Origin: an uncultured bacterium
GTDB taxonomy: Bacteria; Patescibacteriota; Minisyncoccia; UBA6257; 2-01-FULL-56-20
Assembly (NCBI GenBank): GCA_963768625.1
Contig: CAVYIK010000003.1
Location: forward strand, 129,274-193,273
Direction of reading: 5' to 3'
DNA: 64,000 nucleotides
Shown: piece by piece, positions 55,411 through 64,000 of the stretch
How positions within the stretch are numbered: position 1 is the first letter of the stretch
Layout of the letters: every line of letters starts with the position of its first letter
Position numbers and translations under genes: made by a program
The notes under the pieces: generated by a model
Database searches by the model: none
Told to the model about the DNA's origin: nothing
The model's input: the letters and a program-made list of their open reading frames with translations, nothing else

Positions 55411-57576
55411 ATGGAGCCCCGCTATGACATCAAGGAGGTTGAGGCGCGCATTTCTGCCGCATGGGAAAAGTCCGGATACTTCAATCCGGATGTTTGCGTG
55501 GCGAAAGGCGTGACGAAGCCGGATGCCGAGCCCTTTTCTATCGTTCTGCCCCCGCCGAACGTGACGGGCACGCTCCATATCGGACATGCGTTTGAAGATA
55601 CCTTGCAGGATATTGCGGTCCGCTATGCACGTATGCAAGGCAAGCGGACGCTTTGGGTACCGGGCACCGACCATGCTGCGATCGCAACGCAATCCAAGGT
55701 GGAAAAGGAACTTTTGAAGACCGAGAAGAAGTCGCGGCACGATCTTGGACGCGAGGAGTTCCTGCGCCGCGTGAATGAGTTTGCGAAAGCGAGCCATGAT
55801 ACCATCGTCCGCCAGATAAAACGGCTGGGAAGCTCGCTCGATTGGACGCGCGAAGCGTACACGCTTGATGAGCGCCGCAATCTCGGCGTCCGCACGGCGT
55901 TCAAAAAAATGTACGATCTCGGACTCATCTACCGCGGCAGCCGCGTAGTGAACTGGGACCCGAAGGGACAGACGGTGATCTCGGACGACGAGGTGATGCA
56001 CGAAGAGCGCAAGGCGAAATTGTATACCTTCCGGTATGACAAGAATTTTCCTATCGCCATCGCGACGACCCGGCTTGAAACGAAATTCGGCGATACGGCG
56101 GTAGCGGTGCATCCTTCGGACGCGCGCTACAGACAATTTGTTGGAAAGGAATACGACGCCGTGTATTGCGGGGCGCCGATCCACGTCCGGATCGTCGCGG
56201 ACGAATCGGTGGAAAAAGATTTCGGGACCGGTGCCTTGGGCGTCACTCCCGCGCATAGCATGATCGACTGGGAGATCGCGCAGCGACACAAACTGCCGCT
56301 CGTGCAAGTCATCAATGAATACGGCAAGATGACGGTTGCGGGTCCCGCGAACGGAAAGAAGACCGAAGAGGCGCGCGAATGGGTTGCGGGAGAACTCCGG
56401 AAGCAGGGCCTCATCCAAAAAGAAGAGGAGGTCGTGCAAAACGTTTCCATTGCCGAACGCACGGGGGCCATCATCGAACCGCTGCCAAAACTTCAATGGT
56501 TCGTGGCGGTGGAGAAGGCGTTCTCCGCGAAAAAGGGACCGCTCGGCCTGTGGAATAAAAAAACGACGCTTAAAAAACTGATGCGCGATGCCGTCGCAAG
56601 CGGTCGCGTCCGCATCACGCCGGAACGTTTCGAAAAGATCTATTTCCACTGGATCGACAACCTCCGCGACTGGTGCATTTCACGCCAGATCTGGTTCGGG
56701 CACCAGATCCCCGTGTGGTACAGAGGCGAGGAAATATCCGTGGGCATGAAAGCGCCGGAGGGCGATGGCTGGAAGCAAGACCCGGATACGCTGGACACCT
56801 GGTTCTCCTCGGCGCTCTGGCCGTTCTCAACGCTCGGTTGGCCGGACAAGACCAAAGACCTCGAAACTTATTTCCCCAACTCGCTCATGGCGCCTGGCTA
56901 CGAGATTCTGCAGCTCTGGGTCGCGCGCATGATATTGATGAGCGGTGTGCTGTTGGACAATATCCCCTTCAAGACGGTGCTTATCCACGGGATCGTGCGT
57001 GACGCGAAGGGCCAGAAGTTCAGCAAGTCGCTCGGCAACGGCACCGATCCCCTGATCCTCGCCGATACGTACGGCGCGGATGCCTTGCGCATGGCGCTTA
57101 TCGTGGGCGCGGCGCCGGGCAACGACGTAAAATTTGATGAGCAGCGCGTGAAGGGCTACCGCAATTTTTCCACAAAGATCTGGAACATCGCTCGGTTCAT
57201 AGAGATGAACAAGCCCGCGGGCGGAGCGGCGGCCGGGCGCGCCACGACCGATGCGGCCCTCGCAGGCCGCGCGGAGATAAAAGATCTTGCCGCGCTTAAA
57301 AAAGAAGTGGCGGCGCACATTGAAACGTTTGAGTTCCATCTCGCCGCGGAAAAGCTCTACCACTATATCTGGCACACGCTCGCGGACAAGACCGTGGAGG
57401 CGGAGAAGAAAAACCTCCGCGACGGCACGGCCGCACAAAAAGCCGAGTCGTATGCCCTGCTAGAACATCTCCTTTTAGAATCGCTCAAGATGCTCCACCC
57501 CTTCATGCCTTTCGTCACCGAAGAGGTCTACGGCATTTTCCGTCCGGGGAAAATGCTTATGATAGAACGCTGGTAG
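55411..57576 (+). CDS. valS: valyl-tRNA synthetase (short form, lacks a C-terminal coiled coil)
   Basis: HIGH region PPPNVTGTLHIGHA; KMSKS region KFSKSLGN; editing-domain signatures. 721 aa. Confidence 0.85.
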   Translation: MEPRYDIKEVEARISAAWEKSGYFNPDVCVAKGVTKPDAEPFSIVLPPPNVTGTLHIGHAFEDTLQDIAVRYARMQGKRTLWVPGTDHAAIATQSKVEKELLKTEKKSRHDLGREEFLRRVNEFAKASHDTIVRQIKRLGSSLDWTREAYTLDERRNLGVRTAFKKMYDLGLIYRGSRVVNWDPKGQTVISDDEVMHEERKAKLYTFRYDKNFPIAIATTRLETKFGDTAVAVHPSDARYRQFVGKEYDAVYCGAPIHVRIVADESVEKDFGTGALGVTPAHSMIDWEIAQRHKLPLVQVINEYGKMTVAGPANGKKTEEAREWVAGELRKQGLIQKEEEVVQNVSIAERTGAIIEPLPKLQWFVAVEKAFSAKKGPLGLWNKKTTLKKLMRDAVASGRVRITPERFEKIYFHWIDNLRDWCISRQIWFGHQIPVWYRGEEISVGMKAPEGDGWKQDPDTLDTWFSSALWPFSTLGWPDKTKDLETYFPNSLMAPGYEILQLWVARMILMSGVLLDNIPFKTVLIHGIVRDAKGQKFSKSLGNGTDPLILADTYGADALRMALIVGAAPGNDVKFDEQRVKGYRNFSTKIWNIARFIEMNKPAGGAAAGRATTDAALAGRAEIKDLAALKKEVAAHIETFEFHLAAEKLYHYIWHTLADKTVEAEKKNLRDGTAAQKAESYALLEHLLLESLKMLHPFMPFVTEEVYGIFRPGKMLMIERW

Positions 57577-57597
57577 CGGAATGGTAGAATAAGAGAA

Positions 57598-58287
57598 ATG
57601 TCGCTGCTCGTGATCGCGCTCATCTTCGGGCTTTTGCCGGGCTTCGCATGGCTCATTTTTTATTTCACCGAGGAGCCACACCCCGAACCGAAGCGGCTGA
57701 TCGCCCTTACGTTTTTCGCCGGCATCGCGTTCGGATTTTTTACGATCGCTATTGAAGAAATATTCAGCAATACCGCGTCCGGCTGGGGCATTCAACTGAC
57801 CTCCATCCTTTCGCTCCTCGGCCTCGCGCTCATTGAGGAAATAATGAAGTTCGGTGCCGCGTACTTTGCGGTCGGCAAAAGCCCGCTGCTTGATGAACCG
57901 GTGGAGTGGATGCTCTATATGATCGTCGCCGCAATGGGGTTCGCAACGCTTGAGAACATCGGTGCCATCACAAACGTTTCCCTCGCCGCGACGCAGACAG
58001 CGCTCGCGAGCGCAGCGTTCCAGACCGCCTCGCTCCGCTTTGTGGGCGCAACGCTCCTCCACTCGCTCACCTCCGGCATCGTGGGCTATCACTGGGCGCT
58101 CGGCATCGCCCGAAAAAAACTTTGGCGGAACCTTGCTATAGGATTCGCGATCGCAACCGTCTTGCACGCCTTTTTCAACTACCTTATACTGAACTACGGG
58201 AATATCGCCTACACCGTGCTCTTGCTCGTCATCGTCGGATTCTTCGTTCTGAACGATTTTGAGAAGCTCAAGGCGAAACCGGTATAA
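57598..58287 (+). CDS. PrsW-family intramembrane metalloprotease
   Basis: IEEIMKF (EExxK); FATLENIGA (FxxxE); HSLTSGIVGY; HAFFN. About 7 TM helices. Confidence 0.65.
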   Translation: MSLLVIALIFGLLPGFAWLIFYFTEEPHPEPKRLIALTFFAGIAFGFFTIAIEEIFSNTASGWGIQLTSILSLLGLALIEEIMKFGAAYFAVGKSPLLDEPVEWMLYMIVAAMGFATLENIGAITNVSLAATQTALASAAFQTASLRFVGATLLHSLTSGIVGYHWALGIARKKLWRNLAIGFAIATVLHAFFNYLILNYGNIAYTVLLLVIVGFFVLNDFEKLKAKPV

Positions 58288-58300
58288 CGCACGCAACACC

Positions 58301-58807
58301 ATGGATGCAAACGACGAAAAATTTTTTGAAGCATTGGCCGGCGCGAAATCCGACGCGGACGGGGACTTTCCGATAGAGCTCGCGAAAGCCGACGCAAGCG
58401 CGCTCACCGCACGGACGAAAACCGCGAAGTCGAAAGTCGAGGCGAAGGAGGAAAAAACCTGGACCGATGCCGAACCGGAAGGACAGCTTACCGTGGACGT
58501 CTACCAGACACCCGACGACATCGTCGTGGAATCCGCGATCGCCGGCGTGAAGCCCGAGGATATCGACGTGAACGCCACGCAGGACTCCGTCGTGATCCGC
58601 GGCTCGCGCATGCGTGAAAAGCAGGCGCAGGACGAAGATTATCTTTATCAAGAATGCTACTGGGGGCGCTTTGCACGTTCCATCATTTTGCCGCAGGAGG
58701 TGGACCCCGAGAGCGCGAGCGTTTCCTTCAAGAACGGCATCCTCACGGTGCGCCTGCCCAAGGTGAACAAGAAGAAATCGCGGAAGCTGAACGTGAAAGT
58801 GGAATAG
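58301..58807 (+). CDS. Hsp20/alpha-crystallin family small heat shock protein
   Basis: Alpha-crystallin domain GQLTVDVYQTPDDIVVESAIAGVKPEDIDV...SFKNGILTVRLPK. Confidence 0.8.
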   Translation: MDANDEKFFEALAGAKSDADGDFPIELAKADASALTARTKTAKSKVEAKEEKTWTDAEPEGQLTVDVYQTPDDIVVESAIAGVKPEDIDVNATQDSVVIRGSRMREKQAQDEDYLYQECYWGRFARSIILPQEVDPESASVSFKNGILTVRLPKVNKKKSRKLNVKVE

Positions 58808-58853
58808 GAAAGCGGTTGCAAAAACTCTCCCGCCCTGCTATACTCCGAAAACT

Positions 58854-59066
58854 ATGAGACAGTGTGCCATTTGCCACAAAGGATCGCAGATGGGCGGCGC
58901 GCGCCGCCTGCTTCGCGGCCACTATAATCCCGTAAACTGGACCCGCAAGTATCCGAACCTCCAATACGCCCGCGTGGAGGGCAAGCGAATGCTCATCTGC
59001 ACGAACTGCCTGAAGACGCTCGCGAAGAAAGCGACGACAAAGAAAACCGCCGCGGCCAAGAAATGA
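58854..59066 (+). CDS. rpmB: 50S ribosomal protein L28
   Basis: MRQCAICHKGSQMGGARRLLRGHYNP...LICTNCLK with a Lys-rich tail. Confidence 0.7.
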   Translation: MRQCAICHKGSQMGGARRLLRGHYNPVNWTRKYPNLQYARVEGKRMLICTNCLKTLAKKATTKKTAAAKK

Positions 59067-59581
59067 AACACCGAGAGGAGGCAGCCCAAGCCGAAAACGA
59101 AAAAGAGACAGGGGAAGCGACCAAAGAACGGAGGGATAAACTGTTTACTGAAAACCGCGAGATCCTCGAGGACCCCATCTTCCAGAAAATCGTTTCTTCC
59201 ATTGAGACGGGCTGGGATGCTTTGAGCGACAAGGACAAAGAAACTATCCTCGATGTCTTTGCCGAACTTCTCACGGCCATCAAGAATTATGATGACAGCT
59301 ATAGAACTCTCAAGGGCGTTCTTAAATACAAACTCTCTGATGAGGCGAGCTCCGAGAGCACAAAGCGCCACCAGGAGCACGAGAGTGAAGCAGATCGCCG
59401 CGAGCATGAGCTGCACGAAGCGTTCCTCGACTCGGTAAATATCCTTTCCCGGAGAATGAAAGAGCTGGGATTGGATAACTCATGGCGGGCCGACGAGGCA
59501 ATTTATCCCATTTCCAATGATCATGAGGCAAATAGGACCAAAGTGAAGCGCTGGATGTTCAGGGTTTTCAGTGAGAGTTAG
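59063..59581 (+). CDS. hypothetical acidic protein
   Basis: 172-aa Glu/Asp/Lys-rich ORF overlapping the rpmB stop by 4 nt. Confidence 0.4.
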   Translation: MKHREEAAQAENEKETGEATKERRDKLFTENREILEDPIFQKIVSSIETGWDALSDKDKETILDVFAELLTAIKNYDDSYRTLKGVLKYKLSDEASSESTKRHQEHESEADRREHELHEAFLDSVNILSRRMKELGLDNSWRADEAIYPISNDHEANRTKVKRWMFRVFSES

Positions 59582-60353
59582 AATGCAGAAGCATAGCTAA
59601 TTTTTCGGACACAAGAACTAAGCGGCCGCTTAGGAATACATCTTCCGGATAGATCTCGATTAGCTGTATATAATGAGCACCGCAAAAGATCCTCTTCTTC
59701 TCTATTGTTGCGTCATACTCGCTTTTAACTCCCGCTAAGCCGAAGAATTCAACGATAATATTCGGCTCAATAAAGAAATCTGCGGTCATTTTTGTCGTGC
59801 CGTAGCGCCAATTTCTCTTGTGCTTGATTTCCTGTCCATGAAGCCAGTTGTCAATAATGGATTCTGTAAACGAATCGCAGGGATGGCCGTCGTCTGACTT
59901 AAATTTATAGGCGAACAAACGAGGATTAACAGCAAATCCGGCTGCGCGAATTGCTGCATTCCAACTTCCGAATTGCCGTTGATATGTTTCATACATATTA
60001 AATTCTCTCTTCAACGGAATCCTGTGATGCTGTCTGTGAAAATCAATTATCTTCTTTAATAATTCCCCTCGGGTGTACGTCTTTCTATAACGAACGAGGC
60101 GAATTCTAGCTAAATCACTGAGCCGCTTGCGCAATGCAGGAGTAAAAACTTTTTTATCTCTCCGTACCTGAATGGCGGCTCTTTGTTCGGGGGTCAACAC
60201 GATATCTTTCGTCCATATATCTGCCGTGCTGATACTGACTCCTAATTGCTTGGCAATCTCCCGATGCGTTTTGCCCTCTTCGCGTAATGTCCGACCTCGC
60301 TTCCGCGTAGACGCAGGATACCGGATTCCATTTCTGTGTTTTGTGTTTTCCAT
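59568..60353 (-). CDS. HTH + Vsr/DUF559-like (PD-(D/E)xK) endonuclease-domain protein, homing-endonuclease-like
   Basis: AT-rich gene. N-terminal HTH GKTHREIAKQLGVSISTADIW; FGSWNAAIRAAGF motif; C-terminal DFFIEPNIIVEFFG...K resembles the Vsr-type nuclease core. Adjacent to tRNA-Pro. Confidence 0.45.
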   Translation of the reverse strand: MENTKHRNGIRYPASTRKRGRTLREEGKTHREIAKQLGVSISTADIWTKDIVLTPEQRAAIQVRRDKKVFTPALRKRLSDLARIRLVRYRKTYTRGELLKKIIDFHRQHHRIPLKREFNMYETYQRQFGSWNAAIRAAGFAVNPRLFAYKFKSDDGHPCDSFTESIIDNWLHGQEIKHKRNWRYGTTKMTADFFIEPNIIVEFFGLAGVKSEYDATIEKKRIFCGAHYIQLIEIYPEDVFLSGRLVLVSEKLAMLLHSNSH

Positions 60354-60384
60354 AAAAAAAGCGTATCATGATGAGGTTAAAAAT

Positions 60385-60455
60385 AGATTAAAAGACGGGC
60401 CGTCGTATAATGGTAGTACGCGTGGCTGGGGGTCATGCAGTCCGGGTCCGATTCC
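60385..60455 (+). tRNA. tRNA-Pro (anticodon GGG), tentative
   Basis: Acceptor CGGGCCG/CGGCCCG with the C1-G72 pair and A73 typical of tRNA-Pro; T-arm CCGGG-TCCGATT-CCCGG; anticodon stem CGTGG/TCATG with loop CTGGGGG. The D-arm is irregular. Confidence 0.55.
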
Positions 60456-60469
60456 CGGCGGCCCGACAA

Positions 60470-61363
60470 ATGGATCAAACTGAATTTAATAAGCAATATC
60501 TTGCAAGGGCCCGCAACGAGCTCACCGAGCACATCGTGTACCACAAGCTTGCCCTCCGGGAAAAGAAGCCGGAGAACCGCGCGCTGCTTGAGAAGCTTTC
60601 CGCGCAGGAAGGCACGCATTACGAGTTCTGGAAGTCGCTCCTTCCGGGCGTCGAAATAAAGCCGTACTGGTTCGGCCGCTGGAGCATCCCCTTCTTGCGC
60701 ACGCTCTTCGGCGTCACCTTTACGACGAAGCTGCTCGAATCGCACGAAAAGGATGCATCTGCGATGTACACGGCGATGCTCCCTGCGCTTCCCGAAGCGC
60801 AGAAACGGCGGCTCCGCGAAATTATTGAGGACGAGAAGTCGCACGAACTTGCGTTTATCGGCGAACTCAAAGAGCGGCGCGTGGCGTATCTCGGCTTCGT
60901 GGCGCTCGGCCTTGCGGACGCAATCGTGGAGATCACGGGCGTGCACGCGGGGTTCCTCGGCGTCACCGGCTCCACGCTCATCGCCGGTATCGCGGGCGTC
61001 ATCGTGGGATTCGCCGCAGCCATCTCGATGGGCTCCGCGGCATACCTCCAGGCAAAACAAGATCCAGGAAAATCGCCGGTCGTCTCCGCCTTCATCACAG
61101 GCATTTCATATCTCGCCTCCGTCATCTGCCTCGCGCTCCCCTACTTCCTTATCCGGACAATGCTCACGGCATTCACCACTTCAACCTTGATCGGCGTGGT
61201 TCTCCTCGGCACTTTCACATTCTACGGCGCGGTCATCTTCGACAAGAAATTTTTCCGTGAGTTCGGCGAATCACTTTCCTTGATGCTCGGCACTGCGCTC
61301 GCGACCTACCTCTTGGGGAAGATCATCGGCAACGCATTCCACGTAAGCGCGCTCAGTTTCTAA
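60470..61363 (+). CDS. VIT1/CCC1-family iron/manganese transporter with an N-terminal ferritin-like domain
   Basis: Ferritin-like ExxH-type helices (LTEHIVYHK...EGTHYEFW...EDEKSHE) followed by five TM helices. Confidence 0.65.
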   Translation: MDQTEFNKQYLARARNELTEHIVYHKLALREKKPENRALLEKLSAQEGTHYEFWKSLLPGVEIKPYWFGRWSIPFLRTLFGVTFTTKLLESHEKDASAMYTAMLPALPEAQKRRLREIIEDEKSHELAFIGELKERRVAYLGFVALGLADAIVEITGVHAGFLGVTGSTLIAGIAGVIVGFAAAISMGSAAYLQAKQDPGKSPVVSAFITGISYLASVICLALPYFLIRTMLTAFTTSTLIGVVLLGTFTFYGAVIFDKKFFREFGESLSLMLGTALATYLLGKIIGNAFHVSALSF

Positions 61364-61391
61364 AACCGCGCCTCTGCGGTAGAATGATCCA

Positions 61392-61718
61392 ATGGACCTC
61401 ACGAAAAAACATTGCGTCCCCTGCGAAGGCGGCATGCCGCCGCTCGATCCAGAGCGCGTACCGAACTATTTGAAGTACACGCCGGGCTGGACCTCGCCCG
61501 ACGGGAAAAAGATCACGCGCGAGTTCAAGTTCAAGGACTTCAAGGAAGCAATGGCATTTGTGAACCGCGTGGCGGACATCGCGGAAGGCGAAGGCCACCA
61601 CCCCGACATCTATATTTTCTACAATACGGTCCGCTTTGAAAATTCCACGCACGCGATCGGCGGGCTTTCCGAGAACGATTTCATCCTTGCGGCAAAGATA
61701 AACGCGCTCGGCGCATAG
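61392..61718 (+). CDS. pterin-4a-carbinolamine dehydratase (PCD/DCoH)
   Basis: EGHHPD catalytic motif; 108 aa. Confidence 0.8.
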   Translation: MDLTKKHCVPCEGGMPPLDPERVPNYLKYTPGWTSPDGKKITREFKFKDFKEAMAFVNRVADIAEGEGHHPDIYIFYNTVRFENSTHAIGGLSENDFILAAKINALGA

Positions 61719-61768
61719 CGGCGCGTGCATCGAAGCCCGAAGCGGGTTCGTCAAAACGCAAAGCAAAA

Positions 61769-61794
61769 GGCCGGCCTCACGCCGGCTCTTTGCT
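61769..61794 (+). terminator. GC hairpin GCCGGC-CTCAC-GCCGGC with a weak U-tract
   Basis: Located 50 nt downstream of the PCD gene stop. Confidence 0.4.
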
Positions 61795-61939
61795 ATCCCG
61801 CCTGATCTCTGGCTTACGCCAAGTGGGTGGGTTCAACTGCGGCCCAAGGGCTGCAGCGCTTTTACCCTCCCTGAGATAATTATTTGATCCGAGATCTGGG
61901 GCGGGATACATCTATTATACCACGCAGGGACGGCTTGAG

Positions 61940-63298
61940 GTGCAAGGCCGCATCCTCTACAATCTATTCCGTACCGGCGCGATGACCCGAAAAACCAGAA
62001 AAACCATCTTTTACGTCCTCGTGGGGGCTTTTTTCCTTATTGGCCTCACGGTCATCCTTTATGCCGACGGATGGCGGTTTGACTTCGCCTCCTGGCGCGC
62101 CGAAAAAGTAGGCGCGATCTTCGTCCGTTCCTTTCCCGGCGATGCCCGGATCTCTTTGAACAACAAGCCGACGGCAAACCAATCAAGCTTCCTTTCGGCG
62201 GGCACGCTGCTCTCCGGACTTTTCCCGCGCACCTATGCACTCACGCTCACGGAGAATGGCTATGCTGACTGGCATGAGAACGTGGCCGTGCTTCCCTCGC
62301 TCGTCACCGAATTGAAATACGCGGTGCTCGTGCCGCAGACGCCGAACGCGATCACCTCAACCACTGCCGCAAACTTTTTCACCGCGGCCGGGGAAACGGT
62401 CGTGCAAACGACGGGAGGCGCCATCGTCTGGCGCGGCAAAACGATCGGGCACGGTGCGCTCGTGAGCGAAAGCGCCGACTTCAAGACCATCATCATGCAA
62501 AACACGGCGACCGGAGCATATTTGTTCTATGATTTCGGCGAGAGCGCCACGCTCAACCTCTCGGCGCTCCTTCCGAAGCCGATCTCGAGCATCGCGATCG
62601 ATCCGCATGATGCAACGAAGGTGATCGCGGGAGCCGAAGGAAGAATTTTTATCATTGACACGACGCAGGCGCCGATCAGGGCGACCTCTATCGAACGCCT
62701 GCCCGCCGGAGAGGCGCTCGGCTCGTCGCTCGCCTCTTCGCCTTCCTTCCTTGCTTGGACAAGGTTCACGACAAAATCCAACGTGTCCGCCGTCGTGCTC
62801 TACGACAAATTTGCGAAAACAGCTACGGTGGGCTCCTCAACGCTCCCAGGACGGAACCTTGAGCTCAAATGGATCAACGATCACCTCCTTGGCGCGCTTG
62901 AAGACAACGGTTCGCTCTATAGTTATGACACGGGCACCCGGGTGGTCCAGAAAATAGCCGACGACGTGAAGGAATTCGAGCCCGCGGATGACGGTTCGGC
63001 GGTCGCCGCGCTCGAAAACAGGAGTTTGGAGATCATTCCCTTCACGGATGTCCAGACCTACCACCGTTTCAATCTCCCCGACGTCGTGAATGCCATGGAC
63101 CTCATCTGGTACAAAGACATGGATCATCTCTTCGTCGTTTATCCTGACCGCGTCGCGTTCCTTGATATCGAAGATCTCGGCCTCCGCAACTTCATTACGG
63201 TCGCCGAAGGGACTTCCCCTCTTTACAAACCGCAGGAAAATATTTTCTATCTCATAAATTCCGCCCAAAAAGTGGTTGGATTTGACTTTCCGTCCTAA
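61940..63298 (+). CDS. hypothetical membrane-anchored protein with a PEGA-like domain
   Basis: N-terminal TM segment; PGDARISLNNKPT...YALTLTENGYADWHENVAV resembles the PEGA fold; the rest is beta-rich. Confidence 0.45.
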   Translation: MQGRILYNLFRTGAMTRKTRKTIFYVLVGAFFLIGLTVILYADGWRFDFASWRAEKVGAIFVRSFPGDARISLNNKPTANQSSFLSAGTLLSGLFPRTYALTLTENGYADWHENVAVLPSLVTELKYAVLVPQTPNAITSTTAANFFTAAGETVVQTTGGAIVWRGKTIGHGALVSESADFKTIIMQNTATGAYLFYDFGESATLNLSALLPKPISSIAIDPHDATKVIAGAEGRIFIIDTTQAPIRATSIERLPAGEALGSSLASSPSFLAWTRFTTKSNVSAVVLYDKFAKTATVGSSTLPGRNLELKWINDHLLGALEDNGSLYSYDTGTRVVQKIADDVKEFEPADDGSAVAALENRSLEIIPFTDVQTYHRFNLPDVVNAMDLIWYKDMDHLFVVYPDRVAFLDIEDLGLRNFITVAEGTSPLYKPQENIFYLINSAQKVVGFDFPS

Positions 63299-63392
63299 AG
63301 CTGACGAAAAACTGTTATCCACAGCTATGCTTGCGCACGGCGCGGTGGTAGAATGGTTTTACGTCCAAATTAAATATTTATAAATTTTTTAT

Positions 63393-64000
63393 TAATGATC
63401 TTCGGCAAGCATCGTTTTGAAGAAGTACGGAAAAGGGACGGCCGCTTGGTGCCGTTCGACCAGAATAAGATCACAAACGCCGTCGCGAAAGCGATGAGCG
63501 TGACCGGCGAGGCGAAAACCCGCGAGGACGCGGAGAAAGTTTCCGAACAAGTGGTCGGAGCGCTCGAAAAGAAGTTCCCCAAGGAGCATATCCCCACTAT
63601 CGAAGACGTCCAGGACGCCGTGGAGAGCCAGCTTATCCTTATGGACTACGCAAAAACGGCGAAGTCGTATATTTTGTACCGCGCCGACCGCGCCGAGATC
63701 CGCGAAAAGAAGCGCGAGATCCCCGAGCGCGTAAAACAGCTCGCGGAAGAGAGCAAAAAATATTTCCGGAACCAGCTTGCCGAGTTCGTCTACTACCGCA
63801 CGTACGCGAACTGGATCCCCGACGAGGGCCGCCGCGAGACCTGGATCGAAACGGTGGACCGCTACATAAATTTCATGAAAGAAAATCTCGGCAGCAAATT
63901 GACCGATGCCGAGTACGCGGAAGTGCGCGAAGGAATTTTGAAACAGGAAGCGATGCCCTCAATGCGGCTTTTGCAGTTCGCGGGCAAGGCGGCGCGCACG
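63393..64000 (+). CDS. ribonucleotide reductase with an N-terminal ATP-cone, 5' partial (continues beyond the window)
   Basis: ATP-cone VRKRDGRLVPFDQNKITNAVAKA...; then YRTYANWIPDEGRRETWIETVDRYINFMKE, typical of class II (NrdJ-like) RNRs. Open at the window end. A DnaA-box 9-mer TTATCCACA lies at 63316. Confidence 0.6.

Noticed and set aside
55357-56649. 430-aa minus-strand ORF
   Set aside because: Antisense to the well-supported valS. Arg/His-rich low-complexity translation typical of a GC-rich antisense frame.

Overview
The window is about 60% GC and reads as a compact bacterial chromosome segment, probably from a Candidate Phyla Radiation / Patescibacteria-type genome. That assignment is an inference from several traits seen here: no rpmD (L30) between S5 and L15, a short ValRS, a CofE-like gene inside the ribosomal cluster, very large Ser/Thr-rich surface proteins and a type IV pilin.

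Main content, almost all on the minus strand:
- A near-complete str/S10/spc ribosomal superoperon: rpsL-rpsG-fusA ... tuf-rpsJ ... rplC through rplO, then secY-adk-map.
- A frameshifted dnaE and lysS; an intact greA, recG, valS, tsaD, rpmB, rpmG; part of a two-component system; and 9 tRNA genes.

Four lower-GC accessory insertions break this conserved synteny:
- between the tRNA-Thr pair and dnaE;
- between rpsJ and rplC (HD hydrolase + histidine phosphatase + hypothetical);
- between tuf and fusA (MazF/PemK-like toxin, a Zn-ribbon ORF flanked by direct repeats, a small membrane ORF);
- next to tRNA-Pro (an HTH + Vsr-like nuclease).

The most unusual items:
1. A tRNA-Thr(GGU) split by a ~195-nt group I intron, with a clear P1, a J8/7 AAGAUACAGUC motif and a P7 helix.
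2. An IS110-family (DEDD) recombinase gene embedded in a tandem array of ~300-nt structured repeats made of UUCG-capped GUCC/GGAC mini-hairpins that show compensatory substitutions. The array is bounded by a duplicated 31-nt module that includes a copy of the tRNA-Glu 3' end.
3. Three copies of a ~65-75-nt perfect hairpin with a conserved loop and covarying arms, directly downstream of tRNA-Ala, recG and tRNA-Glu.

The assembly carries many single-base indels. dnaE, lysS, secY and most ribosomal protein genes between about 7.7 and 26.4 kb are split across frames, whereas the interspersed greA, GT2, map, adk and rpsQ genes are intact. Homopolymer-length errors also plausibly explain an EF-G C-terminal read-through and one sensor-kinase frameshift. 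All functional calls rest on motif-level reading of the six-frame translations; no database searches were run.
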